From: Macrostomum lignano
Taxonomy: Eukaryota
DNA: 64,000 nucleotides
Assembly (NCBI GenBank): GCA_002269645.1
Contig: NIVC01000036.1
Location: 186,001-250,000 of the forward strand
Direction: 5' to 3'
Shown here piece after piece: positions 52,202-64,000 of the stretch. Position 1 is the first letter of the stretch. Each line of letters begins with the position of its first letter. The position numbers were made by a program, and so were the translations under genes. The notes under the pieces were generated by a model. It saw only the letters and a program-made list of their open reading frames with translations, made no database searches and had not been told where the DNA came from.

Positions 52202-52689
52202 GAAGTGAGAGTCAGAGTCGTAAATCAAGGTTCAATGAATTTCTCTCGCTAATTAATCCCAGAATTCCTCAGGTGTGCCGGAACAAGCGTGGACATCAGT
52301 TCCGGGATCCAATTCGTCAGTCGGCAGGTGTTTTCAGCTTTTTATTCCTCCCATCAAAGCGGTTAAAAACCTGCCAACCAGATGGGATTTTAGCCGGAGA
52401 CTTGATCGCAGCCCGCAGTTGCTAACCAAGGATGGTCATTGTGGCTGATTGCCGTGGAAAACATCCTGGGACATAGCGTTGATCCGCATTTAAATAAAAC
52501 TTGATTTATTCACCATCGCGTTTTCACTCCGTATTTTATTGAGCCGATTCCATACCGAGTTTCGGAATCTATGAATACTACTAATTATAGTAGTGTCAGA
52601 TGAAGAGAAAATTCTTTTTTTTTGAAAATCTGCTGCAATTTTTAATCGTAGCTGTATAATTTTAAAAATGCTGGTGGTAAGATTTAGAG

Positions 52690-52925
52690 GTAATTATCGG
52701 GTGGTAAACATGGGAGGGTAAACATCGGATGGTAAATATCGGTTGGCAAACATTGTGTGGTAAATATCGGGTGGTAAATATCGGGTGGTAAATATCGGGT
52801 GGTAAATATCGGTGGTAAATATGGGGTGGTAAATATCGCGTTGTAAATATCGGATGGTAAATATCGGGTGGTAAATATCGGGTGGTAAATATCGGGTGGT
52901 AAATTGGGGGGGGGGTGGTAAACAT
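52690..52925. repeat. 14-bp minisatellite (GGTAAATATCGGGT)
   Basis: Direct reading. Confidence 0.9.
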
Positions 52926-53142
52926 CAGATGCAAAATAAACATTGTCAGCAGACTTCAGGTAGTGGCTTGATTGGGCAAATTTGTTATTCTACACGCAAC
53001 TTTCGTCGGGAAACTTAAATGCTAGTTAATTTAATTAGTTAATTAACTAGTTAATTAGTTGGATTAATTAAATTTAAAATAAATTAGCTAGTTATTTAAA
53101 TTCCACAACTTTCGTAGAGCTCCAACTTTATCCCAAAAAAAG

Positions 53143-53516
53143 CTATACAGTTCAGTCTGTCCGTCTGTGAGTCCACTCCAGACCCCAATCAAATTGAGCC
53201 CCAGTTCCCATGCAATGTTTGTACAGGGGCTTCGTTGGACTATACGCCCATACGTCCACCGAAAAGTATCCGATGCTAGACTTTCTTGGCCGGGTTTTCA
53301 GACTCACGGGGGCTCTCCGAGAAGCATCTCGGTTTTCCACAAAAATGCAGCACAGCAGAGGCTGTATGTGTGTGTGTCTGTGTGTGTGTGCAAAGTGTGT
53401 ATTTTTTGTAACAAAGACCGCGTTTTTGGACCGTCGAATGTCTGACGAAAATAGTTAAATTTTTTACTATACAGACCAAAGGGTTTCCTATTCTCGAATG
53501 TATAGTGACTGTATAG
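53143..53516. mobile_element. Short Helentron-associated (HINE/DINE-1-like) element
   Basis: Inverted CTATACAGT / ACTGTATAG ends in A-rich context, third CTATACAG at 53467, GTCTGTCCGTCTGT and (TG)n microsatellites. Confidence 0.4.
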
Positions 53517-54289
53517 AAAAAGAAGAGAGCCATGGGGGGGGGGGCAGGGCAGACGACCGATCTTACCTTACAAACAGGAAATAGGAGGGCGAGAAGAGAG
53601 TTATGAGTCACCCGCGCTCCCAGATCCAGAGAGCGCATGACGGGGTGGAGGGCGCCCAGGATTACGCAACCTCTGGACCGACCCCCTCCCAGTCCTCTAA
53701 TTATTAATATTATACAACAAGGCCCCCCACCGCCCCCCCTTCCAACTTGAAAGGGGTTACTGTACATTCATCAAGCGAACGAGAAATATAGAGAGCTGGG
53801 GAGAGAGAGAGAGAGAGAGAACCCACACCGATCGATGAAACCCGGCCGACCAACCACGGAAAGGCAGGAGGGGCAGTTTTGAAATCCTTCACGTAAAAAT
53901 TTCAACCAGAGAGAGAGAGAGAGAGAGGCCTTTAGGTTATAAACCGAGTTATTCTACCTTTGCTCTACCACAAGCTAAGAGTAGGTTAACTAAAAGAAGC
54001 GAGCGTTCTGCATAGGGGGGCAATGATAGTGCCTATTGTCTATGCATAGATAATACTACTGAAGTATTACATCATAAATAGTAATATCATCACAAACTGA
54101 CTAATAACCGACTGTCTATCATATCCAGCTTGTAAAACTTTCTTTTATGAGCAGGGCAGACTTTGTGTGACAACTCTGAGTGGTAAGTGAATGAATTTTG
54201 TGGTTGATTTTAAAGCTTTGACAGCTATTTTTTTCATGTCATTGAATCAATAGGATTTATGATTGGATCAGTGAATGGTGGATTGCGTG

Positions 54290-54600
54290 AATAAAATCTG
54301 TGAATGAGAGAATGGGATCTGTGATTAAGTGAATGGGATCTGTGATTGAGTGAATGGGATCTGTGATTGAGTGAATTCCGTGAATGGCACTGTGATAAAG
54401 TGAATGGGATCTGTGATTTAGAGAATGGGATTTGTGATTAAGTGAATAGGATCTGTAAATGAGAGAATGGGGATCTGTGAATGAGAGAATGGGATCTGCG
54501 AGTGAATAGGATCTGTGAAGTGAGTGAATAGAATCTGTAAATGAGAGTATGGGATTTGTGATTTAGTGAATGGGGTCTGTGATTAAGTGAATGGGATTTC
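54290..54600. repeat. 21-bp minisatellite (GTGAATGGGATCTGTGATTAA)
   Basis: Direct reading. Confidence 0.9.
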
Positions 54601-54673
54601 CGATCTTTAACATGTTCAGTCTATAAAACACTCAACCTGTGCACCCGCACGCACCTGCAGAAATCTTCCCAAC

Positions 54674-54986
54674 ATGGTTGGCTCAGAGTTCATCGACTTC
54701 GTGACAAAATGGAACATCCCAGCTTACGCCGGTGTTGAGGATTTCTCTGACAAATGGAATTTCCTATTCACACCGTGCATTCTCGTGCTGTGCACCATGG
54801 TGGTGACCGTGAAACAGTACCTGCTCAAGCCCATTGTCTGCTTCACCTCGAATAAAGTGACCGGCACAAATTATGACAGCTACATGGAGAACTTCTGTTG
54901 GGTGGACGGCACCTACCCTGTGCCAGTGGACTCCAAGTCTCACGACGACACGGATTTCTGGAAGAGGATGGAGAGCCAGAGGCTGC
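54674..54986 (+). CDS. inx: Innexin, coding exon 1
   Basis: MVGSEF...EDFSDKWNF...KQYLLKPIVCF...ENFCWVDGTY; donor C|GTGAGT (phase 1); CTGCAG acceptor 13 nt before ATG. Confidence 0.96.
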
Positions 54987-55239
54987 GTGAGTTTAAATTT
55001 GTTTTAACGATTGAATAAATAACGATTCATTCTCAATAAATGATAATTTCTATACGAATTTTTATATTCTTGGGCCTAGAAACTTTGAGTGTAAATTCTA
55101 CGATAACTCTTTTCTTATATATTTATGTACGTACAATGTATTTTCAAAGAACTATTGATTGATAATCCATTTCACAATTACCCCTTTTTTGAATATTTGT
55201 GACCGATTTCTAATTGATTAATGAAATTAGTGATCGATT

Positions 55240-55600
55240 TTTAAATTGATATACAAAATATCGATATATCGATTTCTAAATTGATTTAGTGAATATAATC
55301 GATTGCTAAATTTATTTAAGTAAATATTATCGATTTATCGATTTTAAATCGGTTTAGTAGATATTATCGAAAATTAAACTGATTTAGTAAATATTATCGA
55401 TTTCTAAATTGATTTAGTAAATATTATCGATTTCTTAATTGATTTATTAAATAAGATCATCGATTTCTAATTGATTTAGTAAATATTATCAATTTCTTAA
55501 TTTATTTTAGTAAAAAAGATCATCGATTTCTAATTGATTTAAATATTATCGATTTCTTAATTGATTTTAGTAAATAAGATCATCGATTTCTAAATTGATA
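55240..55600. repeat. AT-rich ~30-bp minisatellite (ATCGATTTCTAAATTGATTTAGTAAATATT), innexin intron 1
   Basis: Direct reading. Confidence 0.88.
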
Positions 55601-56039
55601 TTGCTCTCCAACTAACGGTGAATTTGGTTCAGCTGGCAAGTGAATAGATAAATTGCATTCCATGTATAACAAATTACGTAATGAAAAGGTGAAGTGTATA
55701 TAGCTAAATAGCAGGAACAGGTGAAATCTTCGAAATGCTAAGCCGTTCTAAGAAAATATTTGAGCGCGTAGAGGTCAACTGGCTGACCCTGCCAAGCTCA
55801 CCACTGCTTATAATTAGGTTGAATTTTTACTGTGTACGTGGCATGTAAGGACGTCAAAGGCCAGAGCCTTTTTCAATGCAACATTCTCAGTCGTTAGGTA
55901 GTAGTAAAGCTAATTTCTAAATTATTATTAGGGACAGATTTAATACAAAAGAGCATTTCGCCGCCGAAATGTTTGAAATCAAGATCAAGTTGCCGCCGCC
56001 ATCCCCCTAATCTTAACTCCGAAATCTTAATTGTGTCGC

Positions 56040-56960
56040 AGATTTTGAAACCCTGTTTCTCCAAAAGTCCAAGATCCAAGAGTCAAAACCCAGTTTCTCC
56101 CAACTCCCAGATCCCCAAACCCAGTTTATCCCAAATCCCAAAACCCATGCAGTTTCTCCAAAAGTCCCAGATCCCAAAGCAACCAGTTTATCCCAAATCC
56201 CAGATCCCAAAACAACCAGTTTCTCCCAACTCCCAGATCCCCAAAACAACCAATTTATCCCAACTCCCAGATCCCCAAAACAACCAATTTATCCCAAATC
56301 CCAGATCCCAAAACCCGGTTTCTCCCAAATTCCAGATCCAAAAACCCGGTTTCTCCCAAATCCCAGATCCCAAAACCCAGTTTCTCTCAAATCCCAGATT
56401 CCCAAAACCCAGTTTCTCCCAAGTCCCAGATTCCCAAAACCCAGTTTATCCCAAATCCCAGATCTCAAAACAACCGATTTCTCCCAAATCCCAGATCCCA
56501 AAACCCGGTTTCTCCCAAATCCCAGATCCAAAAACCCGGTTTCTCCCAAGTCCCAGATTCCCAAAACCCAGTTTCTCCCAAATCCCAGATCCCAAAACCC
56601 GGTTTCTCCCAAATCCCAGATCCAAAAACCCGGTTTCTCCCAAATCCCAGATTCCCAAAACCCGGTTTCTCCCAAGTCCCAGATTCCCAAAACCCGGTTT
56701 CTCTCAAGTCCCAGATTCCCAAAACCCGGTTTCTCTCAAGTCCCAGATTCCCAAAACCCGGTTTCTCTCAAGTCCCAGATCCCAAAACCCGGTTTCTCCC
56801 AAATTCCAGATCCAAAAACTAAACCCAGATTCCTAAAGTCCCAATCCCGAAAACCACTTTTCCGAAATCCCAGATCCCCAAAACCCTGTTTGCCTCAGTC
56901 TCAAGACCCGAGATCCCACCACCCTGTTTCTCCCGGAAATCCCAAAGTCCAAAAGCCAGA
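56040..56960. repeat. ~31-bp minisatellite (CCCAGATCCCAAAACCCGGTTTCTCCCAAAT), innexin intron 1
   Basis: Direct reading. Confidence 0.93.
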
Positions 56961-56994
56961 TTGCGCACCCCCCACTACCCGCGACAACCCGCAG

Positions 56995-57422
56995 TGTACT
57001 ACCAGTGGGTGCCGTTTATCCTGGGCCTGCAGACGGTGATGTTCTACCTGCCCCGGCTGGTGTGGCAGATGGTGATCACCTATCGGTCCGGCACCGACCT
57101 GCAGCACCTGGTGAATAGCGCGGCCGAGGCTGCCAAAGCTGACGGTGAAAAGCGAGAAAAAGTGGTGAAACACATCGCTGGCAGCCTGGAGCACATGCTG
57201 TTCATGCACAGGGAGTACCGCACAGGCAAGCTGCAGAGTCTCAAGATGCGGATATTCAGGGCTGCCAACCTGCTGGTTGCGAGCAAGCGCCTCGGCACGG
57301 GGCTGAGCATCGCTTATTTAGCTGTGAAGCTGCTCTACCTGGCTAATTCAATCGGGCAGATCTATTTGATGCAGAGGTTCCTGAGGCTGGGCACCAACTA
57401 TACTGGCTACTTCGGGTTACAG
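56995..57422 (+). CDS. inx: Innexin, coding exon 2
   Basis: CCCGCAG acceptor; YYQWVPFILGLQTVMFYLPRLVW signature; TM3 YLAVKLLYLANSIGQ; donor CAG|GTGAGC (phase 0). Confidence 0.96.
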
Positions 57423-57599
57423 GTGAGCGGGTATCAGCTGCTGGGATTGCTGAGGCTATTTATTAATTGGGTAATGTACTCTACCTGCTCTACTACTCGC
57501 ACTCCAAACCTACCTCAACAAAAGACCTACACTAAATCACTGCCTACATTAGTGAGAAATTACTTCACGCAAAAATAGTCTACTAAAACATCATCGAAA

Positions 57600-57950
57600 C
57601 CTATTCCACCAGAGCCAACTCCACCAAAACCTACTCCAACAAAACCTACCAAAACCTACTCTACCAAAACCTAGTCTACCAAAACCAACTCTACCAAACC
57701 TACTCTAAACCAAAACCTACTATGCCAAAACATACACTACCCAAACCTACTGTACCAAAACCTACACTACCAAAACCTACGAAAACCTACGCTACCAAAA
57801 TTTACTCTACCAAGACCAACTCTACCAAAACCTACCTTACCAAAACCTACCTTACCAAAACCTACCTTACCAAAACCTACTCTACCAAAACCTCATCTAC
57901 CAAAACCTACCTTACCAAAACCTACTCTACCAAAACCAACCCTACCAGAC
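57600..57950. repeat. ~15-bp C/A-rich minisatellite (CCAAAACCTACTCTA), innexin intron 2
   Basis: Direct reading. Confidence 0.88.
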
Positions 57951-57988
57951 TCTGACTTTACTAGACGCAACCTCGACCCCACTTCCAG

Positions 57989-58385
57989 GTGCTCTCCGAC
58001 ATCGCCGCAGGCAGAGACTGGGAGTACACCATGGTGTTTCCTCGGGTGGCATTCTGCCGTACCAACGTGGCCATCTTCGGCGGCGCCCAGACCTACCTGA
58101 GCCAGTGCGCCCTGCCAGTCAACATGCTGAACGAGAAGATTTACATATTCCTCTGGTTCTGGTTTGTCATTGGCAGCGCCATCACGGCTGCCAGCCTCCC
58201 AATTTGGCTGTGTCGCATTGTCAATCGTCGGTCTCGAGCTCGATTCGTGCGCCGGTTCCTTCGCCTAATGGACGACTACGACAGCGAGAAACGGCTTGTT
58301 GGCGAGTTCGTAGTCGAGTTCCTGCGGCACGATGGCACCTTCTTGCTCAAGATGATGCAGCTTAACGCTGGGGACATTGTTACCG
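57989..58385 (+). CDS. inx: Innexin, coding exon 3
   Basis: TTCCAG acceptor; FPRVAFC...QCALPVNMLNEKIYIFLWFW; donor G|GTAGGG (phase 1). Confidence 0.95.
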
Positions 58386-58620
58386 GTAGGGGATCAGGGT
58401 GTTACCGGTGGGGATCGGGGTGTTACCGGTAGGGGATCAGGGTGTTACCGGTAGGGGATCAGTGTGTTACCGGTAGGGGATCGGGGTGTTACCGGTAGGG
58501 GATCAGGGTGTTACCGGTAGGCGATCAGGGTGTTACCGGTAGGGGATCGGGGTGTTACCGGTAGGGGATCAGGGTGTTACCGGTAAGGGATCAGGGTGTT
58601 ACCGGTAGGGGATCAGGGTT
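58378..58620. repeat. 22-bp minisatellite (TGTTACCGGTAGGGGATCAGGG) spanning the exon 3/intron 3 junction
   Basis: About 11 copies; the first copy begins inside exon 3. Confidence 0.95.
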
Positions 58621-58714
58621 CAGCTGCGTTGCGGTTGGGACTTTGGACAGAGCAAGTCAGAGTGGGACTTCGAATTATTAGTAGCAGCTCAAATAAACTG
58701 TTAGGAAGATACGG

Positions 58715-59030
58715 TAGACTGGAAGAGGGTAGAGTAGACTGAGAGTGGGGTGAGTAGAGCGAGAAAGAGTACACTAGATTAATTGAGTGGGGTAGAGTAT
58801 ACTGACAGAGGTTGAGTAGGCTGGAAGAGGGTAGAGCAGTTTGGAAGTGGGTAGAGTAGACTGGGAGAGGTTAGAGTAGACTGGTAGGGGGTGGAGTAGA
58901 CTGGGAGAGGGTGGAGTAGACTGGGAGAGGGTGGAGTAGACTGGGAGAGGGTAGAGTAGACTGGGAGAGGGTAGAGTAGACTGGGAGAGGGTAGAGTAGA
59001 CTGGAAGAGGGTGGAGTACTCGTAGACTAC
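58715..59030. repeat. 20-bp minisatellite (GGGTAGAGTAGACTGGGAGA), innexin intron 3
   Basis: Direct reading. Confidence 0.9.
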
Positions 59031-59130
59031 CTACCAATCAAGGTGAATACCAATCAATTAACTAGCGAACCAAGCAACCAATCGATCACTCAGCTTGGTA
59101 AATCAATAAATCAATCAATCGACCCACCAG

Positions 59131-59459
59131 GCGACATTGTCCACGAACTGTTCCGCATGTGGCGCGACAAGCACCAGGGCCAGGACATGCGAGGTCCAAA
59201 AGCCTCTCGCTCCGCCGCCGCTGCCGTCTCGCGCGATCGCCGCGGTGCCGGCTGCGGCGATGACGAGCTGAACTACCCGGTGAAGATCCAGTTGGAGTCC
59301 GGTGGCACGGCGCGTCGTCCCGGGCGCAGCGGTAAGCGCCAAGCGCCGAGCGCGCCGATCTACATGTCGCCGTTGAAGTGCTCCGGGGACGACGTGGGCA
59401 GCGGTATGGAGAAGCCGCTGATGCTGAAGGATCCTGATAGCGGACGGAGCAGCTCGGGT

Positions 59460-59517
<58 letters not shown>

Positions 59518-59567
59518 CACTGACTGCCAGCTTTGAGCATCTTCGTGCTTCCGGCCTGCCCGTTTGA
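59131..59567 (+). CDS. inx: Innexin, coding exon 4 (C-terminal tail with ~17-Gln tract); spliced CDS 1575 nt, 524 aa
   Basis: CCACCAG acceptor restores VTGDIVHELF; all phases are consistent (313+428+397+437 nt). Confidence 0.88.
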
Positions 59568-59689
59568 AAATTGGGGCTGGAAATGTTCTTTGTTAAAGTG
59601 ACTCGAACTCCAGCAGGTTTGAGCGGGGCGGGGGTTTAAATCATGTTGCTATGACTTGAGGCTCGGTTGTCAGATTTTTCTAGGGTAGA

Positions 59690-60420
59690 GACTCTGGGGT
59701 AGAGATTCTTGGGGTAGAGACTCTGGGGTAGAGACTCTGGGGTAGAGACTCTGGGGTAGAGACTCTGGGGTAAAGACTCTGGGGTAGAGACTCTGGGGTA
59801 GAGACTCTGAGGGTAGAGACTCTGGGGTAGAGACTCTGGGGTAAAGACTCTGGGGTAGAGACTCTGGGGTAAAGACTCTGGGGTAGAGACTCTGGGGTAA
59901 AGACTCTGGGGTAGAGACTCTGGGTAGAGACTCTGAGGGTAGAGACTCTGGGGTAGAGACTCTGGGGTAAAGACTCTGGGGTAGAGACTCTGGGGTAAAG
60001 ACTCTGGGGTAGAGACTCTGGGGTAGAGACTCTGGGGTAGAGACTCTGGGGTAAAGACTCTGGGGTAGAGACTCTGGGGTAGAGACTCTGAGGGTAGAGA
60101 CTCTGAGGGTAGAGACTCTGAGGGTAGAGACTCTGAGGGTAGAGACTCTGAGGGTAGAGACTCTGAGGGTAGAGACTCTGAGGGTAGAGACTCTGAGGGT
60201 AGAGACTCTGAGGGTAGAGACTCTGAGGGTAGAGACTCTGAGGGTAGATACGCTGAGGGTAGAGACTCTGAGGTAGAGACTCTGAGGGTAGATACGCTGA
60301 GGGTAGAGACTCTGAGGATAGACTTCTGGGGTAGAGAATTTGAGAGAAGATATTTTTGGGGTAGAGACGCTGAGGATAGATATTCCTGGGGTAGAGATTC
60401 TTGGGGTAGAAATAGTTGGA
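59690..60420. repeat. 14/15-bp G-rich minisatellite (CTCTGGGGTAGAGA)
   Basis: Direct reading. Confidence 0.95.
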
Positions 60421-62071
60421 GTATAAGTGGTTGATGTAGAGTTTCTTCTGATAGAATTTTCAGGGTAGAGATTCCAACATGCGGCTCGTATTATACCATC
60501 TTCTATATGCCGGATAATTAGTATCAGTCAGGGTGTAATTCTGTGCTCAAATTAACCAGTATTAAAGAATTAAATTAAACTAAAAAACAGGCAGATTGAA
60601 TTTAACATAATTTCGACATAACGATTATTATATGAACTTATGCTTGAATTTGTTAACAGCAGTTAACAGAAATTTATCGATAAATCAATCAGTTTTTATG
60701 TGTATTGTTTTCGGACAATATTTTCATGTTATGACTTAAAAATAATGAATTTCTGTGTCTGCGCTTGCATAATTTTGCTATCCTAACTTTGAGCGTAGTT
60801 CAATATTCGTCCTGCTTCGTTTTAAAGTGCATGACGTATCAATTCTGTTTTATCAGTTCTGACTTTCACTGATTTCAATAATCTTTGCTGTTGTTTTTTA
60901 TCAACTTCTAGTAAGCCGGTGATTCTGTCACTAACTTTGTTTAACTGTTTATCACAATCACTATTTTCCGGTGTGTGTTAATCGGGTCGCTTGAATTTAT
61001 GTTTCTTGGAAATAGTGCATGTCGTGTACTTTGTTTGTGTTTTAATTGACTTGGTTTTTCCTCCTGGTTTAAAATTATATCTGTACAAAATTGCACTTTA
61101 ATACCTATTATTTTATCGTCTTGATGGCTATACATAAACTTTGTTTTAATGACTCATATTTGTACGGAACAGTAAACTAGTTATTAAATATTCGATAGCT
61201 GTCTGAATACTGTTCATCTCTTAGTATGAATATATACGATAGGAATTTAACTTTCTACATGTTTTATGCTTCCAGGTATGCTTGTAGTATTTTACTACAC
61301 TTTTACATTCATGATTTAATAAATAAATAATGCAGGCCGACTCCAACGCGTATACCTCATCCTGTATCATATCATACATTTTTAAATATTCACATCTCAT
61401 CGCGGTTTACCGGCAGGCCGCTTAAAATTCTACGAGTATCACTGAATGCATGCTGAAATCTGCGGGTTTTCTATCCGGTATTTGTTATTATAACAAACTG
61501 TCTTTTTTGTCCAACTCGTTCTCCAATTAATTTGCGCGCGAAATCGAACTTTTATAAAAGTTAAACAAATGCGTCAAGCCTTCATGGCGGTTGTTTACTG
61601 CGGCATTCAATAAACTGGCTGATTTGTGCTGTTTTAAATAACACTCAAATCCTAAAATGTTTCTTTGCACGCCTTTTTTCGGCACTAATTTTCAAGGCGT
61701 ACTACTACTCAGAATTTAAAAAGTAGTAAAATGAGGTAAAAAAAAGAGAAGAAAAAATGTGCGACAACTACTGGCTACAATGACGTTAAACATTGCTGCG
61801 GCTGAGAAAGTTGTCAAAAATAAGACCGTTTTTTTCTCTTTTCGCTTAGCAACTCGGCAAGCTTTCTAAGTATTTTATTTCGATTCGTTTGAGCTTCGAC
61901 TTCCGAGCATTTATTGTTCGGTATTCGGACTTTTTGTACACAAAAATATCGTTGGACCGGTTTGCGTAGGAAAAAAATAATTTTACAAACTTATATTACC
62001 TGTCCGGGTATTTATATAGATAATAAGCGTTGAAAATGTCCTAACGATATTGCTTGGCCGCGTTAACGTGA

Positions 62072-62350
62072 TCACGTGACGTTCGTGGCCAGCCTATTGC
62101 TGTTGCCTCTGCAGGCCGCTGCTGTGGCCGGTCCGTCTGCAGTGTCCGGCCACTTGGCCCGCTGCAACGGACTGTACGGCCGCATGTAGGACGGCAGGGC
62201 GCCGCTGGCGTCCGGTGGATTGGCGCGACCGCCTGGCGCGGCCTGAGGCTGGCCGACGTCTTGAAGCTGGTGCAGCAGGCGGCCTGGGTTGATCGGCTCA
62301 GCCCGCCTGCTGCTCCTGGAAGGCGGCGACGGTGGCAGTAGGTGATGTAT
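62072..62350 (-). CDS. Probable terminal exon (92 aa, Pro/Ala-rich) of an unidentified gene entering from the right, convergent with the innexin
   Basis: GC-rich island; TCTCTTAG acceptor; 279-nt phase-0 frame IHHLLPPSPP...LPSYMRPYSPLQRAKWP...NVT*; AT-rich 3' flank. Confidence 0.45.
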   Translation of the reverse strand: MHHLLPPSPPSRSSRRAEPINPGRLLHQLQDVGQPQAAPGGRANPPDASGALPSYMRPYSPLQRAKWPDTADGPATAAACRGNSNRLATNVT

Positions 62351-62674
62351 CTAAGAGACAGGTTCACACACCTGAGACAGTGGCGCGTACCTAATAGACA
62401 GGGGTACATACTTAGAGACACATGGTACACAACCTAAGAAACAGAGAAAAGTACCCAAGTAGATACCTACATGAAGAGACAGGACGGTCCCCCTGAGAGG
62501 CAGGGGTTCCCCATCTGATATTCTGCGAATCTCTAGAGTCTAGGGGATTCAAATGGAAGAGATGAAAGAGATTCTAACTTCTTGAGACTCTTGCAATTAG
62601 TAGGCTAGCTGAGATTCTCGGGCACGTGAAACGAAAAACTTTGAGGCATGAGACTCTTGTACGTGTAGAAAATC

Positions 62675-63935
62675 TGAGGGTAGAGATTCTAGGGGTAGAG
62701 ATTCTCTGGGTAGAGATTCTAGGGGTAGAGATTCTAGGGGTAGAGATTCTAGGGGTAGAGATTCTAGGGGTAGAGATTCTAGGGGTAGAGATTCTAGGGG
62801 TAGAGATTCTAGGGGTAGAGATTCTCGGGGTAGAGATTTCCGGGGTAGAGATTCTGAGAGTATAGAGATTCTCGGGGTAGAGACTCTCAAGGTAGAGATT
62901 CTCGGGTTAGAGATTTCCGGGGTAGAGATTCTGAGGGTAGAGATTCTCGGGTTAGAGATTCTAGGGGTAGAGATTCTAGGGGTAGAGATTCTCGGGGTAG
63001 AGATTCTCAAGGTAGAGATTCTCAGGTTAGAGATTTCCGGGGTAGAGATTCTGAGGGTAGAGATTCTCGGGTTAGAGATTCTAGGGGTAGAGATTCTAGG
63101 GGTAGAGATTCTAGGGGTAGAGATTCTAGGGGTAGAGATTCTAGGGGTAGAGATTCTCGGGGTAGAGATTCTAGGGGTAGAGATTCTAGGGGTAGAGATT
63201 CTAGGGGTAGAGATTCAAGGGTAGAGATTCTAGGGGTAGAGATTCTAGGGGTAGAGATTCTAGGGGTAGAGATTCTCAGGGTAGAGATTCTCGGGGTAGA
63301 GATTTTCGGGGTAGAGATTCTGAGAGTATAGAGATTCTCGGGTTAGAGATTCTAGGGGTAGAGATTCTAGGGGTAGAGATTCTAGGGGTAGAGATTCAAG
63401 GGTAGAGATTCTAGGGGTAGAGATTCTAGGGGTAGAGATTCTAGGGGTAGAGATTCTAGGGGTAGAGATTCTAGGGGTAGAGATTCTAGGGGTAGAGATT
63501 CTAGGGGTAGAGATTCTAGGGGTAGAGATTCTCAGGTTAGAGATTCTCGGGGTAGAGATTCTTGTGGTAGAGATTCTCGGGGTAGAGATTCTGAGGGTAG
63601 AGATTCTCGGGTTAGAGATTCTAGGGGTAGAGATTCTAGGGGTAGAGATTCTCAGGGTAGAGATTCTCAGGGTAGAGATTCTCAGGGCAGAGATTCTCAG
63701 GGTAGAGATTCTCGGGGTAGAGATTCTAGGGGTAGAGATTCTCAGGGTAGAGATTCTCAGGGCAGAGATTCTCAGGGCAGAGATTCTCAGGGTAGAGATT
63801 CTCGGGGTAGAGATTCTAGGGGTAGAGATTCTCAGGGTAGAGATTCTCAGGGTAGAGATTCTCAGGGCAGAGATTCTCAGGGTAGAGATTCTAGGGGTAG
63901 AGATTTCCGGGGTAGAGATTCTAGGGGTAGAGTCT
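62675..63935. repeat. 15-bp G-rich minisatellite (ATTCTAGGGGTAGAG)
   Basis: Direct reading; related to 59690-60420. Confidence 0.96.
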
Positions 63936-64000
63936 CTAATGGGGTGGATATCTAAAGAATGAGACTGAAGAACTACTAAGTCGGACAGTTCGCACCAACT

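Noticed and set aside
62115-62337. Plus-strand reading GVRWIGATAWRGLRLADVL, reminiscent of sulfite oxidase
   Set aside because: Lacks the preceding CAGNRR motif; the minus-strand frame with a clean acceptor and stop fits better, though the plus-strand exon cannot be fully excluded.

Overview
Eukaryotic (animal) genomic DNA, very rich in repeats. GC-rich, poly-Ala/poly-Gln exons sit among dense minisatellites; this style suggests a free-living flatworm such as Macrostomum, which is an inference only. Supported genes: exon 1 of a p24/TMED (GOLD) gene (-), an intronless aminergic GPCR that is probably octopamine-type (-), a small single-pass membrane ORF just behind it (-), a PAGR1-like exon (+), a complete 4-exon innexin (+, 524 aa) and an orphan terminal exon (-). 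Mobile DNA: a tandem non-autonomous LTR element, a candidate 1-kb LTR carrying four AP-1 sites, a satellite-carrying Helitron with a CACTA/EnSpm-type insertion, decayed hAT-like ends, a dead mariner and a HINE-like element. About 20 tandem arrays are present, the largest 8.9 kb. Two observations stand out. (1) A spliced gene at 15078-16216 joins a transposase-like C-terminal module to an RG-rich linker and a Spindlin-type Tudor domain that is split by one in-frame TGA. (2) A minisatellite built from the innexin exon-3 splice donor could switch the channel's C-terminal tail. All analysis was by eye; family calls rest on remembered motifs, not database searches.
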